The notes below the pieces were generated by a model. It saw only the letters and a list, made by a program, of their open reading frames with translations. It was not told the DNA's origin and did not search any database. A stretch of 64,000 nt of DNA from IMG/VR virus record IMGVR_UViG_3300050192_000013, positions 3,705-67,704 of that record. One strand, written 5' to 3'. The position numbers were made by a program, and so were the translations under genes. This document shows, one piece after another, positions 8,328 to 17,176 of the stretch (positions are counted from its first letter, which is position 1; each line of letters opens with the position of its first letter). Source of the DNA: a virus.

Positions 8328-9946
8328 ATTACATTTCCCTATTCAGCGGGATCGACGCCGCATCGGTCGCTTGGATTCCGTTGGGATGGAAGCCACTTCT
8401 GTTCGCGGAGATTGAAAAGTTTCCGTGCGACGTCCTTAAACATCACTATCCAGACGTGCCGAACTTGGGTGATGTAACCGCAGAAGATTTTATTGAACGA
8501 GCGAAAAAGGAACTGAATGGAACAATTGTTGATGTTCTCATCTTCGGAAGCCCGTGCCAAGGATTTTCCGTCGCGGGAAAGCGCCTTGGATTGGATGACC
8601 CGCGCAGCAATCTCGCATTGCACGCCCTTAGAATTTGCCGCGCGCTTGCTCCAACCTGGATCTTATTCGAGAACGTCCCTGGCTTGTTTTCCAGTTGGTC
8701 CGGTGCTCCGCAAAGTCCATCAAGAATGGACGCTGGATTTGCAGACGGGGGAACCGTTGTGCGTGAGTTCATTGAGTCAAGTGACTTCGCCGAGTTCCTT
8801 CGATGGGTTTCGGACATCGGGTATTCTGGCGCATGGACAGTGCTTGACGCTCAATACCGCGACTTGGCGCAACGGCGGGAGCGCGTGTTCTTTGTCGGAT
8901 GTGTTGGAGACTGGGCCGGTCCAGCCGCAGTATTACTTGAGTCGGAGAGCTTGTCTGGGAATATTGCGCCGAGCAGAGAAGCGCGGCAAGGAACTGCCGA
9001 AGGCGCTAATGAATGCGCTAATGCAAGTAGTGAATGGGGGGATGTCGGAAGCCTCTGTGCCAGAGATAGCAAGACAGTCGGAAATCAATTCGTCAACGAA
9101 GGTAAAGTGTTCGCTGCCCCCGAACGATCCATGTGCCTCAACGGGGGGGGTAATAACAGAATAGACGCGGAGTCCGAAACGTTCATCTGCGAAGTCGCGC
9201 CAACTATTGATGCTAGTTATGGACGCCTACAGGGGCAAGACGATCAGCATATCAACAGCGGCGCTGGATTGTTTGTTGCGTTTCAAAATACGGGGCAGGG
9301 ATGGTTCAATGAATCAGATACCGCAGGGACAATCCGTGATTTAAGCGCCGGTGGTGATTCACAGCACTCCAATATTGTAGCCTTTCGTGCCAGCGGACAG
9401 AATGGATTTATCCCCGATGCAATTGCGCCGCCCGATACTACGCAAGTGACCAGCAAAGCGAATCGCAGTAACCCAAAGCAAGGCGACCCGTGTCACACCC
9501 TGGCGAAGGGAGCGGAACCGCCTACAATCGCAATAGGGTTCTACGCCAACGATAGCGGTAACGACGCAGGCCGCGACGTAAGCCCTACGTTACGGTCTAT
9601 GGAACACGGAGGCGGTAATGAACCAGCGGTAGCCTTTCAGTCAAGCCAGAGCGGAATGCGGGAAGTTGAAACTCACGCTACACTTGATGCCAATAACGGA
9701 AGCCGCCGTCACAACGGAGTCGCGCAGGGTATGGCGGTACGAAGGCTTACCCCAAAAGAGTGCGCTAGATTGCAGGGGTTTGGTGATAAATATCTGGATA
9801 TCAAGTATCGCGGGAAACCAGCGGCAGATGGCGTGAAGTATAGGGCTCTCGGTAACTCTATGGCCGTTCCGGTCATCCGCTACATCGGGGAACGGATACA
9901 GATCGTTCATGAATTAAAGAAAGCGGCGTTGGAGCGGCTAGGCTAA
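8324..9946 (+). CDS. DNA (cytosine-5)-methyltransferase with long modular variable region
   Basis: Motif I SLFSGID, IV GSPCQGFS, VI ENVPG, VIII QRRERVF, IX RRLTP.EC.RLQGF, X YRALGNSMAVPV. Confidence 0.95.
   Translation: MNYISLFSGIDAASVAWIPLGWKPLLFAEIEKFPCDVLKHHYPDVPNLGDVTAEDFIERAKKELNGTIVDVLIFGSPCQGFSVAGKRLGLDDPRSNLALHALRICRALAPTWILFENVPGLFSSWSGAPQSPSRMDAGFADGGTVVREFIESSDFAEFLRWVSDIGYSGAWTVLDAQYRDLAQRRERVFFVGCVGDWAGPAAVLLESESLSGNIAPSREARQGTAEGANECANASSEWGDVGSLCARDSKTVGNQFVNEGKVFAAPERSMCLNGGGNNRIDAESETFICEVAPTIDASYGRLQGQDDQHINSGAGLFVAFQNTGQGWFNESDTAGTIRDLSAGGDSQHSNIVAFRASGQNGFIPDAIAPPDTTQVTSKANRSNPKQGDPCHTLAKGAEPPTIAIGFYANDSGNDAGRDVSPTLRSMEHGGGNEPAVAFQSSQSGMREVETHATLDANNGSRRHNGVAQGMAVRRLTPKECARLQGFGDKYLDIKYRGKPAADGVKYRALGNSMAVPVIRYIGERIQIVHELKKAALERLG
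8517..9164 (+). CDS. Overprinted alternative-frame ORF inside the C5-MTase (M.EcoHK31I beta-polypeptide-like)
   Basis: 215-aa +1-frame ORF: QLLMFSSSE.A...SRTS...CLTLN...CSLSDVLETG.V...YYLS..AC.GILRRAEKRGKELP.AL..AL. Confidence 0.6.
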   Translation: MEQLLMFSSSEARAKDFPSRESALDWMTRAAISHCTPLEFAARLLQPGSYSRTSLACFPVGPVLRKVHQEWTLDLQTGEPLCVSSLSQVTSPSSFDGFRTSGILAHGQCLTLNTATWRNGGSACSLSDVLETGPVQPQYYLSRRACLGILRRAEKRGKELPKALMNALMQVVNGGMSEASVPEIARQSEINSSTKVKCSLPPNDPCASTGGVITE

Positions 9947-10345
9947 CCCATCTTTCCGCAGCCGCACCAGATGCCTGAACCACTCCAACTTGAGCGCCTC
10001 CCACTCCGCGCGATTATCCTTACGCCAGCGCTCTGCCGCTACCCTTCTGTCGGCATGAAGCGACGTGGTGCTTCGATGCCCGTACTGACCCACGCATCCT
10101 TGGTCGATATCCGCATCGCAATCGGGACACGGTACAACCGCGCAGGTGACTTCGCCATACTGCCGAGAAATCAACGGCTGGTACCGTAGTACGATATCCG
10201 CGATTTGGTAGGCAGTTAGGGAAGATTCAGCGTCCGTTGGCGGAGGCGGCTCTTTCTTCTGACGGCCCCATGGCTTCTTCTCGGCGCAAGTGTGGTCTTC
10301 GGTCCACGGTTGAAGGCAGGTGGAACAGATGGGATGCGGGGTCAC
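9938..10345 (-). CDS. Hypothetical Zn-finger protein
   Basis: CSTC..H.C and CPDC...GC...LH..R motifs; convergent with the MTase. Confidence 0.55.
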   Translation of the reverse strand: MTPHPICSTCLQPWTEDHTCAEKKPWGRQKKEPPPPTDAESSLTAYQIADIVLRYQPLISRQYGEVTCAVVPCPDCDADIDQGCVGQYGHRSTTSLHADRRVAAERWRKDNRAEWEALKLEWFRHLVRLRKDGLA

Positions 10346-10578
10346 CGAACTAAACCGTGAGTGTGGCAGTCCAGATTCAGCCCCGGCTTTCGCTTCCGCT
10401 GCGTGGTAATCTTCCGGCGCAACGTGCGAATGCGCTTAGCACGTTCCCTACTCCAATCCTGATGCTCCGCATCGTACGAATCATTATCGTACGAATCGCT
10501 TATATTGCGGTATTCCGCAGCCGCAAGGCAGCGCATCAGTAGACCAACTTCACGGTCGGACAGGGCAAGTGTGGTCAT
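10342..10578 (-). CDS. Hypothetical protein
   Basis: Coupled ORF in the leftward operon. Confidence 0.5.
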   Translation of the reverse strand: MTTLALSDREVGLLMRCLAAAEYRNISDSYDNDSYDAEHQDWSRERAKRIRTLRRKITTQRKRKPGLNLDCHTHGLVR

Positions 10579-10766
10579 GGCTTCCCCGCCGAATCGTAGA
10601 ACCGTACCGCGCTCGGCAGCGAGTTGAAGGTCTTGACGGCCCCGGCGATGGTAACGTGGAAAGTGATATCGAACAAATTAAACTGATCCACCGACAGGAC
10701 GGCCTTCAATTCCTTGCGGCCGGATTCGTTAGAAGAGTACGCCAGTTCGATTTCATGCGCGCGCAT
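10575..10766 (-). CDS. Hypothetical protein (MRAHEIEL..)
   Basis: ATGA-coupled to the downstream gene. Confidence 0.5.
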   Translation of the reverse strand: MRAHEIELAYSSNESGRKELKAVLSVDQFNLFDITFHVTIAGAVKTFNSLPSAVRFYDSAGKP

Positions 10767-10808
10767 CAGCGTGCCGGTTATCTGGGGATGCGGGTGACCG
10801 GGGGCCAT

Positions 10809-11030
10809 TTACAAATCCCTCCATCCCCGCTGCATGCGCAGCGCTTCTGGTTGGTCTACCGTTACCGCCGTTCCGTCGATAACCTTTCCCCAACCCTCGA
10901 TTCCGGTCTCGCAATTGCGACCAAGTGGAACCCATCCGTTGTCCAATAGGAATTGCCTGTTGGGATCTGACGTGGCCGCGAATTCAAGCGCTGACATCAT
11001 CGCAGCCAGTACCGATAGTCTTTCGTTCAT
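10809..11030 (-). CDS. Hypothetical protein (MNERLSVL..)
   Basis: The start overlaps the restored stop of the IS-interrupted gene. Confidence 0.55.
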   Translation of the reverse strand: MNERLSVLAAMMSALEFAATSDPNRQFLLDNGWVPLGRNCETGIEGWGKVIDGTAVTVDQPEALRMQRGWRDL

Positions 11031-11118
11031 GGTTTCTGCGCCTCCCCGAAAAGAAAGGGAATTACATACATGACTACCCCTAGCTTTTGGCCGCATCGCG
11101 TTTCTTCTTTCGTATCCG

Positions 11119-11676
11119 TCCATGCAACCCGCGTTTAAGAACTGCCCAGACGGACTCGATTCCATTCGTGTGCGCCGCACCGCGTTTGTACTCGCCCGCC
11201 GAATGGTTCACGGCGTCATGCCGGAAGAAAAGGCCGTCCAGGTCGGAGTAAGCCATGTGCTCATCGGTGTACAGTTGCGAACCGACTTCCACATTGGCGT
11301 GGATCTCACCTTGAATGGTCTGGATGGTCCGATCCTCGATAACCTTCGCTACGGTGCGCCCGCCGCGTTCTCGCAAGCCCATGACGGCGACCTTGCCGAC
11401 TGGCCCGCGTCCCATGCGGAGCTTCTTGGATTCGTGCTTGTTCGCTTCCTTGCCACCCACAAAGCACTCGTCGATTTCGACCGTGCCGCGAAGCTTGTCA
11501 ATCTCATCGTCGGAGCCGCAAGCTTCACGGAGCCGGGACAGCATGAACCATGCCGACTTCTGGGTTACACCAATCTCCTTGGCAAGTTGAAGGCTGCTGA
11601 TTCCCTTACGAGCGGTCACCAGCAGATACATGGCGTAAACCCACTTGTGAAGCGGGATATGCGACCGCTCGAAGAC
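11119..11676 (-). pseudogene. IS1595 (ISXO2-like) DDE transposase core fragment
   Basis: VFERSHIPLHKW..KGISSLQLAKEIGVTQKSAWFM..VEIDE..TDE..VNHS..HTNGIESVWAVLKRG. The Zn ribbon and C-terminus are missing. Confidence 0.9.
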
Positions 11677-11746
11677 GCTTTCGACTTCGGTTTCGGACGG
11701 TAGTTCAGCACCAAGTCCGCTATCTGATCCAGTTCGACCGGGGCCT

Positions 11747-11998
11747 TCATGCGGCCTCCTTGCGGTCCACTCGGGTGTGATGCGGATAAATAAGGCTCCA
11801 TTGCCAGCAACCCGAACCGCGCCCGCCAAGACTGCGCTTGACCCATTGCGGTCTTCGCATGGCACAGCAACCAGGGCACGCCTCAGGCTTGATAGGGGCG
11901 TTACATTCGTATTCCATTATCTCCTGTCGCGTGAAGTTAGCGAAGTCCATCTCTATGATTTTGTGCCCGCTGTAATAACACCTTCGTTGCCCGCCCAT
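11747..11998 (-). CDS. Cys-rich passenger ORF inside IS1595
   Basis: Follows the transposase C-terminal piece with RBS AAGGAGG; coupled to the small IS ORF. Confidence 0.45.
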   Translation of the reverse strand: MGGQRRCYYSGHKIIEMDFANFTRQEIMEYECNAPIKPEACPGCCAMRRPQWVKRSLGGRGSGCWQWSLIYPHHTRVDRKEAA

Positions 11999-12139
11999 TT
12001 ACGCAACCTCCTTGCCGATGAGCCGTTTGTACGTGAGCCGCTTGCCGACAGATGCGGCCACGAAGCTATTAAGCCGCGCTGTGGTGTGGTTGCGGACGTT
12101 ACCTTCGTTCAGTCGGAAGGTGAACTCATCGACGTAGCG
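11999..12139 (-). pseudogene. IS1595 transposase C-terminal fragment
   Basis: RYVDEFTFRLNEGN....RL...V...VGKRLTYKRLI; located upstream of the core fragment. Confidence 0.85.
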
Positions 12140-12393
12140 CGGCGCGGAAACGGGCGAAAAAGGCTGCGCGAAAGGCGAAGGGCTAACGCTATGACTTATC
12201 AGCCTAAAGGTAGTCATGTATATAATTCCCAAAAGAAACAGTGCCCGGTCTTGCATTGGCTTAACCTGATGCGTGCTCCATCCTCCAAATTGGGATTGGT
12301 TCGCCCATCGTATCAACTGATTCGCCTCATCATTTAGCAGCCATTCCAAGTGCGCGATGCGTAGCTTAGCCTGCTTCAACTCTTCCTCTGTAG

Positions 12394-12696
12394 TCATAAT
12401 TCCCGAACCTCTTTGACTGAAAATATTGGAGCAACGTACTCCGACCGGCCAACTTCCGCGCCACGCCGCATCGTATCCATCGAATATTGCCATTCACGAC
12501 CACAAGACAAGCACGTTACGCGACATGGACCAATCGGCTTCCCGTGGCGCGTTGGAGTAAAGGGGAACGTGAGCCTTCGATGGCGACAGGGGAATAGTAT
12601 AGCTAAGAGCCAGTTCATTGCAATCCTTTCTTGAGATTCCGATACTGACATAACAGGCACAGCCGGCGCAACGAAATACCCTTCCATTTCCCGCAC
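12394..12696 (-). CDS. Hypothetical Zn-binding protein
   Basis: LF.CRH...FP.T.......VTCLSCG; start uncertain. Confidence 0.5.
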   Translation of the reverse strand: MREMEGYFVAPAVPVMSVSESQERIAMNWLLAILFPCRHRRLTFPFTPTRHGKPIGPCRVTCLSCGREWQYSMDTMRRGAEVGRSEYVAPIFSVKEVREL

Positions 12697-12948
12697 TTAC
12701 AGCAATGCAGATGAGTGATGGCCTGCAACTTGATGGCGAAGATGCGCCACGCAAGTAACCAACGGCGAGAGCGTTCGGTCACTGCTTCACCTCGAACTTG
12801 GCGATGATAGCGCGCGCCATATCGCGGTCTGCTCGAAGTGCCTCTATCTCATCGAGGCATTCCGTTATGCAGATTTCGTCCTGCGATTTCGGAGCGCCGG
12901 GGTAACGGGCTTTCCAAATCAGCAATCGATCGTCGGTCATGCGCGCCA

Positions 12949-13296
12949 TCAGTGGGCCTCTTCGATTTTAGCGATTAACATCAGACCCGCAGTGACTCCA
13001 CAACTACACTCGTATTCTGCACCCAAAGCATGTGAGCAGGTGTCATGGTGGCCTTTTTGTAGGCAAGCTACCAGCGCCGCCAGGATTGTGGTGCGTTCGG
13101 CGTTGGACTTTTCCGCCCGCGCTCGCTCTGTGGCTACATCTTCGCTCCAAGACAAGAGCAGCCGATTATCTACCAGTTCGGCGTTCCGTAATTCGCCGGA
13201 AAGCGCCAGTATTTCAGTGGTGCATTCCTTAACTACCGAATCAGGTAGCGCGATTTGGTCTAACTTCTGCGCTCGTTCTAGTGTCATTCGTGGCAT
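12949..13296 (-). CDS. Hypothetical protein
   Basis: RBS GGAGG; coiled coil plus H..C...CSCG. Confidence 0.5.
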   Translation of the reverse strand: MPRMTLERAQKLDQIALPDSVVKECTTEILALSGELRNAELVDNRLLLSWSEDVATERARAEKSNAERTTILAALVACLQKGHHDTCSHALGAEYECSCGVTAGLMLIAKIEEAH

Positions 13297-13435
13297 CACG
13301 ACCTCCATGCAATCCAAAACGTGAGCGAAACCACAAGTACCATCCCAGCAGGGTAGAGTATGAGCCATAGCCACTTCCGGCTGCGCTTGCGGAAAACGGG
13401 AAGTCCGTCAAATGGGGTGAGCGAATTGGAATTGT

Positions 13436-13891
13436 TCATGATGATGCCTTCTCTTTTAGCGCGGCGGCGCAGATGCGGACTTGTTCCTCTGTGAGGTATC
13501 CGCCGATACGCCAGAAATGCTTCTCGTCCACAAATGGAGCGTCAATCCATATTCCTTCAGGGAATAATGTCTGAAGCTTCAGCCGCGTGACCTCACGTGC
13601 TTCCTCTTGCCGCTTAGTTTCGTTGTAGGCTTCAGTCTCGCACTCCTGCTTTGCCGTCCACTCCCGAATTTCCTTTCGCGTAGCGCGGGAACCTAATTGG
13701 TCACAACGAAAGCTCGATCCGCCTACTTCATATCCGCTCTTTATCCAGAAACGACGCTCACGTCCGTCATTAACTATCACCCAAGCAGCAGTGAGGCGAG
13801 TTACAGTACAAATGCCCGTGTGCGCCCATTGGCTATTACCGACCCACACGCGATTGCCGGGCTTAAGGTTACTCCGATCATTATCCATCAT
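13436..13891 (-). CDS. Hypothetical protein (SH3/beta-barrel-like N-terminus)
   Basis: LKPGNRVWV.......TVTRLT..WVIV...RF....GYE. Confidence 0.5.
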   Translation of the reverse strand: MMDNDRSNLKPGNRVWVGNSQWAHTGICTVTRLTAAWVIVNDGRERRFWIKSGYEVGGSSFRCDQLGSRATRKEIREWTAKQECETEAYNETKRQEEAREVTRLKLQTLFPEGIWIDAPFVDEKHFWRIGGYLTEEQVRICAAALKEKASS

Positions 13892-14091
13892 CGCACCCCC
13901 AGGTAAATCAGCCGCGCTACCGCAAGTCCGAACGCCGCCCATCCGGCCATCGCCCACCACACGAAGCGCTGATTGCTGCGGGCGAGGCGCGCGTACTTCT
14001 CTTGGAGCGATGCGTGTTCGCGGAATAGTGTTTCGTAACTGGTGCCCATGGCATCAAGCTTCTCCGAGACGTAGGCGCAGAGGTCGTTCAT
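13888..14091 (-). CDS. Small membrane-anchored coiled-coil protein
   Basis: C-terminal hydrophobic segment; ATGA-coupled. Confidence 0.5.
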   Translation of the reverse strand: MNDLCAYVSEKLDAMGTSYETLFREHASLQEKYARLARSNQRFVWWAMAGWAAFGLAVARLIYLGVR

Positions 14092-14360
14092 CGCGCCACC
14101 TCGAAAACGTGGAATATCAGTGTGCCACCGTGAAGTTGGTACGTCCCGAGATAGTCCAAGTGGCTCAGCGGTACTTCTATCTGCTGGTAGGTACCGTACA
14201 CGCGGAATTTGCGCTTTTCGTTTACCGTTTCGGCCTCATTAACCATCGCCCACATCGAAGGCGCATTGCCTTTCGCCTGCACTGCGAGAATCTTCGCGTG
14301 AAGCGGCATGGATAACTCGAACTCATCTGTTGTTTCAAATACGTACCGGAATATCGTCAC
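14088..14360 (-). CDS. Conserved phage hypothetical protein
   Basis: MTIFRY......F.LSMP..AKILAVQ......MWAMV......RKFRVYGT...YLGTYQL.GG.L.FHVFE. Confidence 0.7.
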   Translation of the reverse strand: MTIFRYVFETTDEFELSMPLHAKILAVQAKGNAPSMWAMVNEAETVNEKRKFRVYGTYQQIEVPLSHLDYLGTYQLHGGTLIFHVFEVAR

Positions 14361-14677
14361 TTCGTGTTCTCCTTCGCGGCCAACAGCCGCTTTGTTTCGT
14401 GCCGCGCGAACCGCCGCAGTTCCCGCAGTCGGCGCTTGAAATCAAGATCAGGTTGGCGCATCAACCGGAGTACCGCCTTCCGTGTTTCTTCGCTCGGTAG
14501 CTTACCGCCCGTTCGGCTGGTGTGCGCCATATTCAGTCGCACATCGGCATCGTCCAGCATTCGCCACTGAAACGTATCCATATTCAGCGCTTGCGCTGAC
14601 GTTACGTGCCACGCAACCAGGAGCGCGGCTAGGCGTTCAGCCTTCGCGATGCGGTTGCTGGATTCGTTGGATGTCAT
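14357..14677 (-). CDS. Hypothetical protein
   Basis: ATGA-coupled; PS.ETR..V motif. Confidence 0.5.
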   Translation of the reverse strand: MTSNESSNRIAKAERLAALLVAWHVTSAQALNMDTFQWRMLDDADVRLNMAHTSRTGGKLPSEETRKAVLRLMRQPDLDFKRRLRELRRFARHETKRLLAAKENTK

Positions 14678-16176
14678 GCGGCGACCGCCTTCGCAGTATC
14701 CCGCGCAGCCCATGCGTCGTAGCAGGCTCGGCAGCAGGGTACGTATTGGGGCAGCGCCGTGTTGGCTTCCGCAAGTTCGACCGGAAGGTAGTAAAATTCC
14801 TGCGGTTGGCCGGCGTACGTTACGTTGCCGTAGTTTACTTCCTGGGGGTGAGTGCAAGCGTAGCGCGCTTTGATGAGTTTCTTGGCGGCGGTGCGAGCTA
14901 CCTTCGCGGCCTTCTCCGCTGCTTCGTCCCAAATCGTCACCCGGCTCAACTGCGTCTGCTTGCTGGCCTTGTACTCTTCGTGCGCCTTCACGTTCGCCTT
15001 GACCGTTACCGTCGCGTCTAGCGCGAAGCCAGCGCCATCAGAAGCGAACCATTTTGCTTTGTCGCCGGATGCGGTGCGGAATAAAATCAGCGACGTGCAG
15101 CCCCACTCAGATTCAATCTCGCGGCGCCCGATGACCGTCAGAGTGAAGACTTCGCGCTTGCCGACAGTGCCGAAGTACTCACTGGGATGGTCACGGTCAT
15201 ACTTGCGCGCTACCTCGGCTTCCAAGTGCTTTTGGTACGCTACGATGATGCTGCCAGCCAGTCCGGCGTCGCGCCCCTTGACTGCTTCCTTGTGGCTAAC
15301 TACCCGGACATTCCAAAGGTAGTCCGATCCGCAATCCGCAGGCAATTCCTGCGCCCATGCGATAGCGGCGGTGGCCTGCGCCAAGTCCGCTTCGGTTGGC
15401 TCGTACTGCTCGCGTTTGGCGCTGGTCTGTTTCTGACGGAACTTAGAGTCAAACCACTGCATCGCTTGGTCAACGCTGGCCGTCTTCGGGATGCAGCTAT
15501 CGCGGGATTCCTTCCGGCTGCACCATCCGTCGTTACGAACGCAGCAGGCTACTTGCGCGAGCAGGACCGGCAGGCCAAGGTACGTTTCGCGGCCCGAACC
15601 GCCGCCCATGTCGTCTTCGTACTGGCCAATATCGTCGGCAAGTCCAGCCATGATTTCGGCCCACTGTGCGATACCGCTCGGGTCGGCGCAACGCAGGAAG
15701 TCCGCCAAGCAGTTGCGCCCGACCTGCTTCCACTCGCTGGTCTCGCTCTGGAGTATATATGTATCCTTACGGATGCGCTGCGTGTGGCAGTGCTCGCAGG
15801 CGGTAGTGGCTGTTCGGTACTGGAGCGGCAGCATCGTCTCAAAGCCGGGGACTACGCGGAGAATATTCCCCGCATCTTCGTGTTCAATCGTCGCGCAGAA
15901 GAGCCACCCGTTGATGCGCGGGCAGGTGCCGGTTACGGTGACGAGTACGAAGCGGATCTGGTATTCTAGCCAGCGCTGCGGGTCGTTGCAGATTAGTTTT
16001 TTGCGCGTTACGAACTCCTCGCCGGTCTCCGTGAGCACCAGTGGTTCCATCCCTAGCTTCGCCGCGCGGCGGTTCAGCTTAGTGATGCGCTCGTGGAGTT
16101 TGGGAATGCTCTCTTCCGGGATGCGATACAGCGCGTTTCCTGCGGCGTCCAGGGGGCGAGAGGTTTCGGGAGTCAT
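14674..16176 (-). CDS. Large conserved phage protein with CxHC Zn motif and C-terminal OB-fold-like domain
   Basis: CEHCHTQR.RK.TYI...QVGRNCL.DF; YFGTVGKR....LTV......SEWG. Confidence 0.7.
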   Translation of the reverse strand: MTPETSRPLDAAGNALYRIPEESIPKLHERITKLNRRAAKLGMEPLVLTETGEEFVTRKKLICNDPQRWLEYQIRFVLVTVTGTCPRINGWLFCATIEHEDAGNILRVVPGFETMLPLQYRTATTACEHCHTQRIRKDTYILQSETSEWKQVGRNCLADFLRCADPSGIAQWAEIMAGLADDIGQYEDDMGGGSGRETYLGLPVLLAQVACCVRNDGWCSRKESRDSCIPKTASVDQAMQWFDSKFRQKQTSAKREQYEPTEADLAQATAAIAWAQELPADCGSDYLWNVRVVSHKEAVKGRDAGLAGSIIVAYQKHLEAEVARKYDRDHPSEYFGTVGKREVFTLTVIGRREIESEWGCTSLILFRTASGDKAKWFASDGAGFALDATVTVKANVKAHEEYKASKQTQLSRVTIWDEAAEKAAKVARTAAKKLIKARYACTHPQEVNYGNVTYAGQPQEFYYLPVELAEANTALPQYVPCCRACYDAWAARDTAKAVAA

Positions 16177-16490
16177 TAGTCATCGCTCCCTAGCACAAAA
16201 TTACCATTACGGTCGGTGAAACTCATACCGCCGTGCGAGCATTCGAGGCATGTGCGATAGCGAGGATTACAGGAATCGCCGCAATGCGCGCATACGCCGC
16301 GCCCTTGGCTGCTATAGCCGTTGTTGCTGGATTTGCGAGATGCCCGCGCTGGTGCGTCAACTACTAGTTTGCGGGCCGCCTCTGCTTTGTCGTCCGGGAC
16401 AGCCCAACACTTCTGATCTGGATTCCAGCGGCCCCCGAGCGCCTTGATGGCGTCCTTCACGGGGTAGGTGTTGCCTGTTATCTTTGTCAT
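16176..16490 (-). CDS. DUF5710-like protein with C-terminal Zn ribbon
   Basis: GNTYPVKDAIKALGGRWNPDQKCW; CAHCG...CLEC. Confidence 0.65.
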   Translation of the reverse strand: MTKITGNTYPVKDAIKALGGRWNPDQKCWAVPDDKAEAARKLVVDAPARASRKSSNNGYSSQGRGVCAHCGDSCNPRYRTCLECSHGGMSFTDRNGNFVLGSDD

Positions 16491-16498
16491 ATATTATG

Positions 16499-16527
16499 AT
16501 CCTACGCTCGAAATAAGATATTGTCAA
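16499..16527 (-). promoter_or_regulatory. sigma70 promoter, near-leaderless
   Basis: TTGACA-17-TAGGAT; ATG lies 8 nt after the -10 element, no SD. Confidence 0.7.
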
Positions 16528-16541
16528 TATCTTTGGCATGT

Positions 16542-16727
16542 TTATTTGTCGCGTGTTTTCATATACTTACGGTCAGGACGTTCCAGACATGCCGGAAAGT
16601 GTTGGCGCGATCCGCTGATCGTGATGGGCTCCTGGCACCATGGGCACGGGAACGTCAACTTCGGCGGACGCCCGCCCCAACCTGGATGCCCGACCTGACC
16701 ACCGCGCTTCTTTGGCTTGGGCGTCAC
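16542..16727 (-). CDS. Small basic Zn-finger protein
   Basis: GTGA-coupled; KKRGGQ.GH...CPWC...H...C. Confidence 0.45.
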   Translation of the reverse strand: MTPKPKKRGGQVGHPGWGGRPPKLTFPCPWCQEPITISGSRQHFPACLERPDRKYMKTRDK

Positions 16728-16915
16728 GCCGCTGCCGCCTTCGTCTTCTGTTTCTTCTCGTCCACCATCCGTACAACCTCCACGTCGCACCCACAACCGC
16801 AGATAGCCGCTAATTCCCAAGCGGAGCGCAAATCTTCGCGCGGGTCACCAGGATTCATGCGGAAGCCGCAGATGGGGCGATGGTCGGGGCCGACGATGAC
16901 GGCGTAGCGGGTCAT
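16724..16915 (-). CDS. Hypothetical protein
   Basis: ATGA-coupled ORF. Confidence 0.45.
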   Translation of the reverse strand: MTRYAVIVGPDHRPICGFRMNPGDPREDLRSAWELAAICGCGCDVEVVRMVDEKKQKTKAAAA

Positions 16916-17175
16916 TCGTTTTTACTCCAGACTCCGCAAGCCTTACCCCAGTCCGGCCAAATGGTGCGGCTATTCGTTAGCGCATTTATATTGACTAGGT
17001 TGCTTCGCGAGACGGCGCACTCGGGCAACGACTTAATAAAGTTAGCGGCAACTTGTTCCGTTGGGTAGCTACATCTCCCGGATTTATTCCGTAATGGTCG
17101 GGGTCTGGAGTGATTGCTCATCTGGAACCGTGCCCATTTGCAAGTAGCATAATGATGCGATTCTTCGGTCGGCAT
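16912..17175 (-). CDS. Hypothetical Cys-rich protein
   Basis: RBS AAGAGG; CKWA..GRC..C..W. Confidence 0.5.
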   Translation of the reverse strand: MPTEESHHYATCKWARFQMSNHSRPRPLRNKSGRCSYPTEQVAANFIKSLPECAVSRSNLVNINALTNSRTIWPDWGKACGVWSKNE

Positions 17176-17176
17176 G

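Larger units (their letters stand above)
11057..12230 (-). mobile_element. IS1595-family element, internally rearranged, non-autonomous
   Basis: TIRs at 11057-11077 and 12210-12230. Perfect 8-bp TSD AAAAGAAA at 11049-11056 and 12231-12238. Transposase fragments lie inside. Confidence 0.92.
11027..12397 (-). pseudogene. Small phage gene (MTTEEELKQ..RALFL/FGEAQKP) interrupted by IS1595
   Basis: Removing 11057-12238 restores the ORF, which ends in TGA overlapping the next ATG. Confidence 0.7.
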
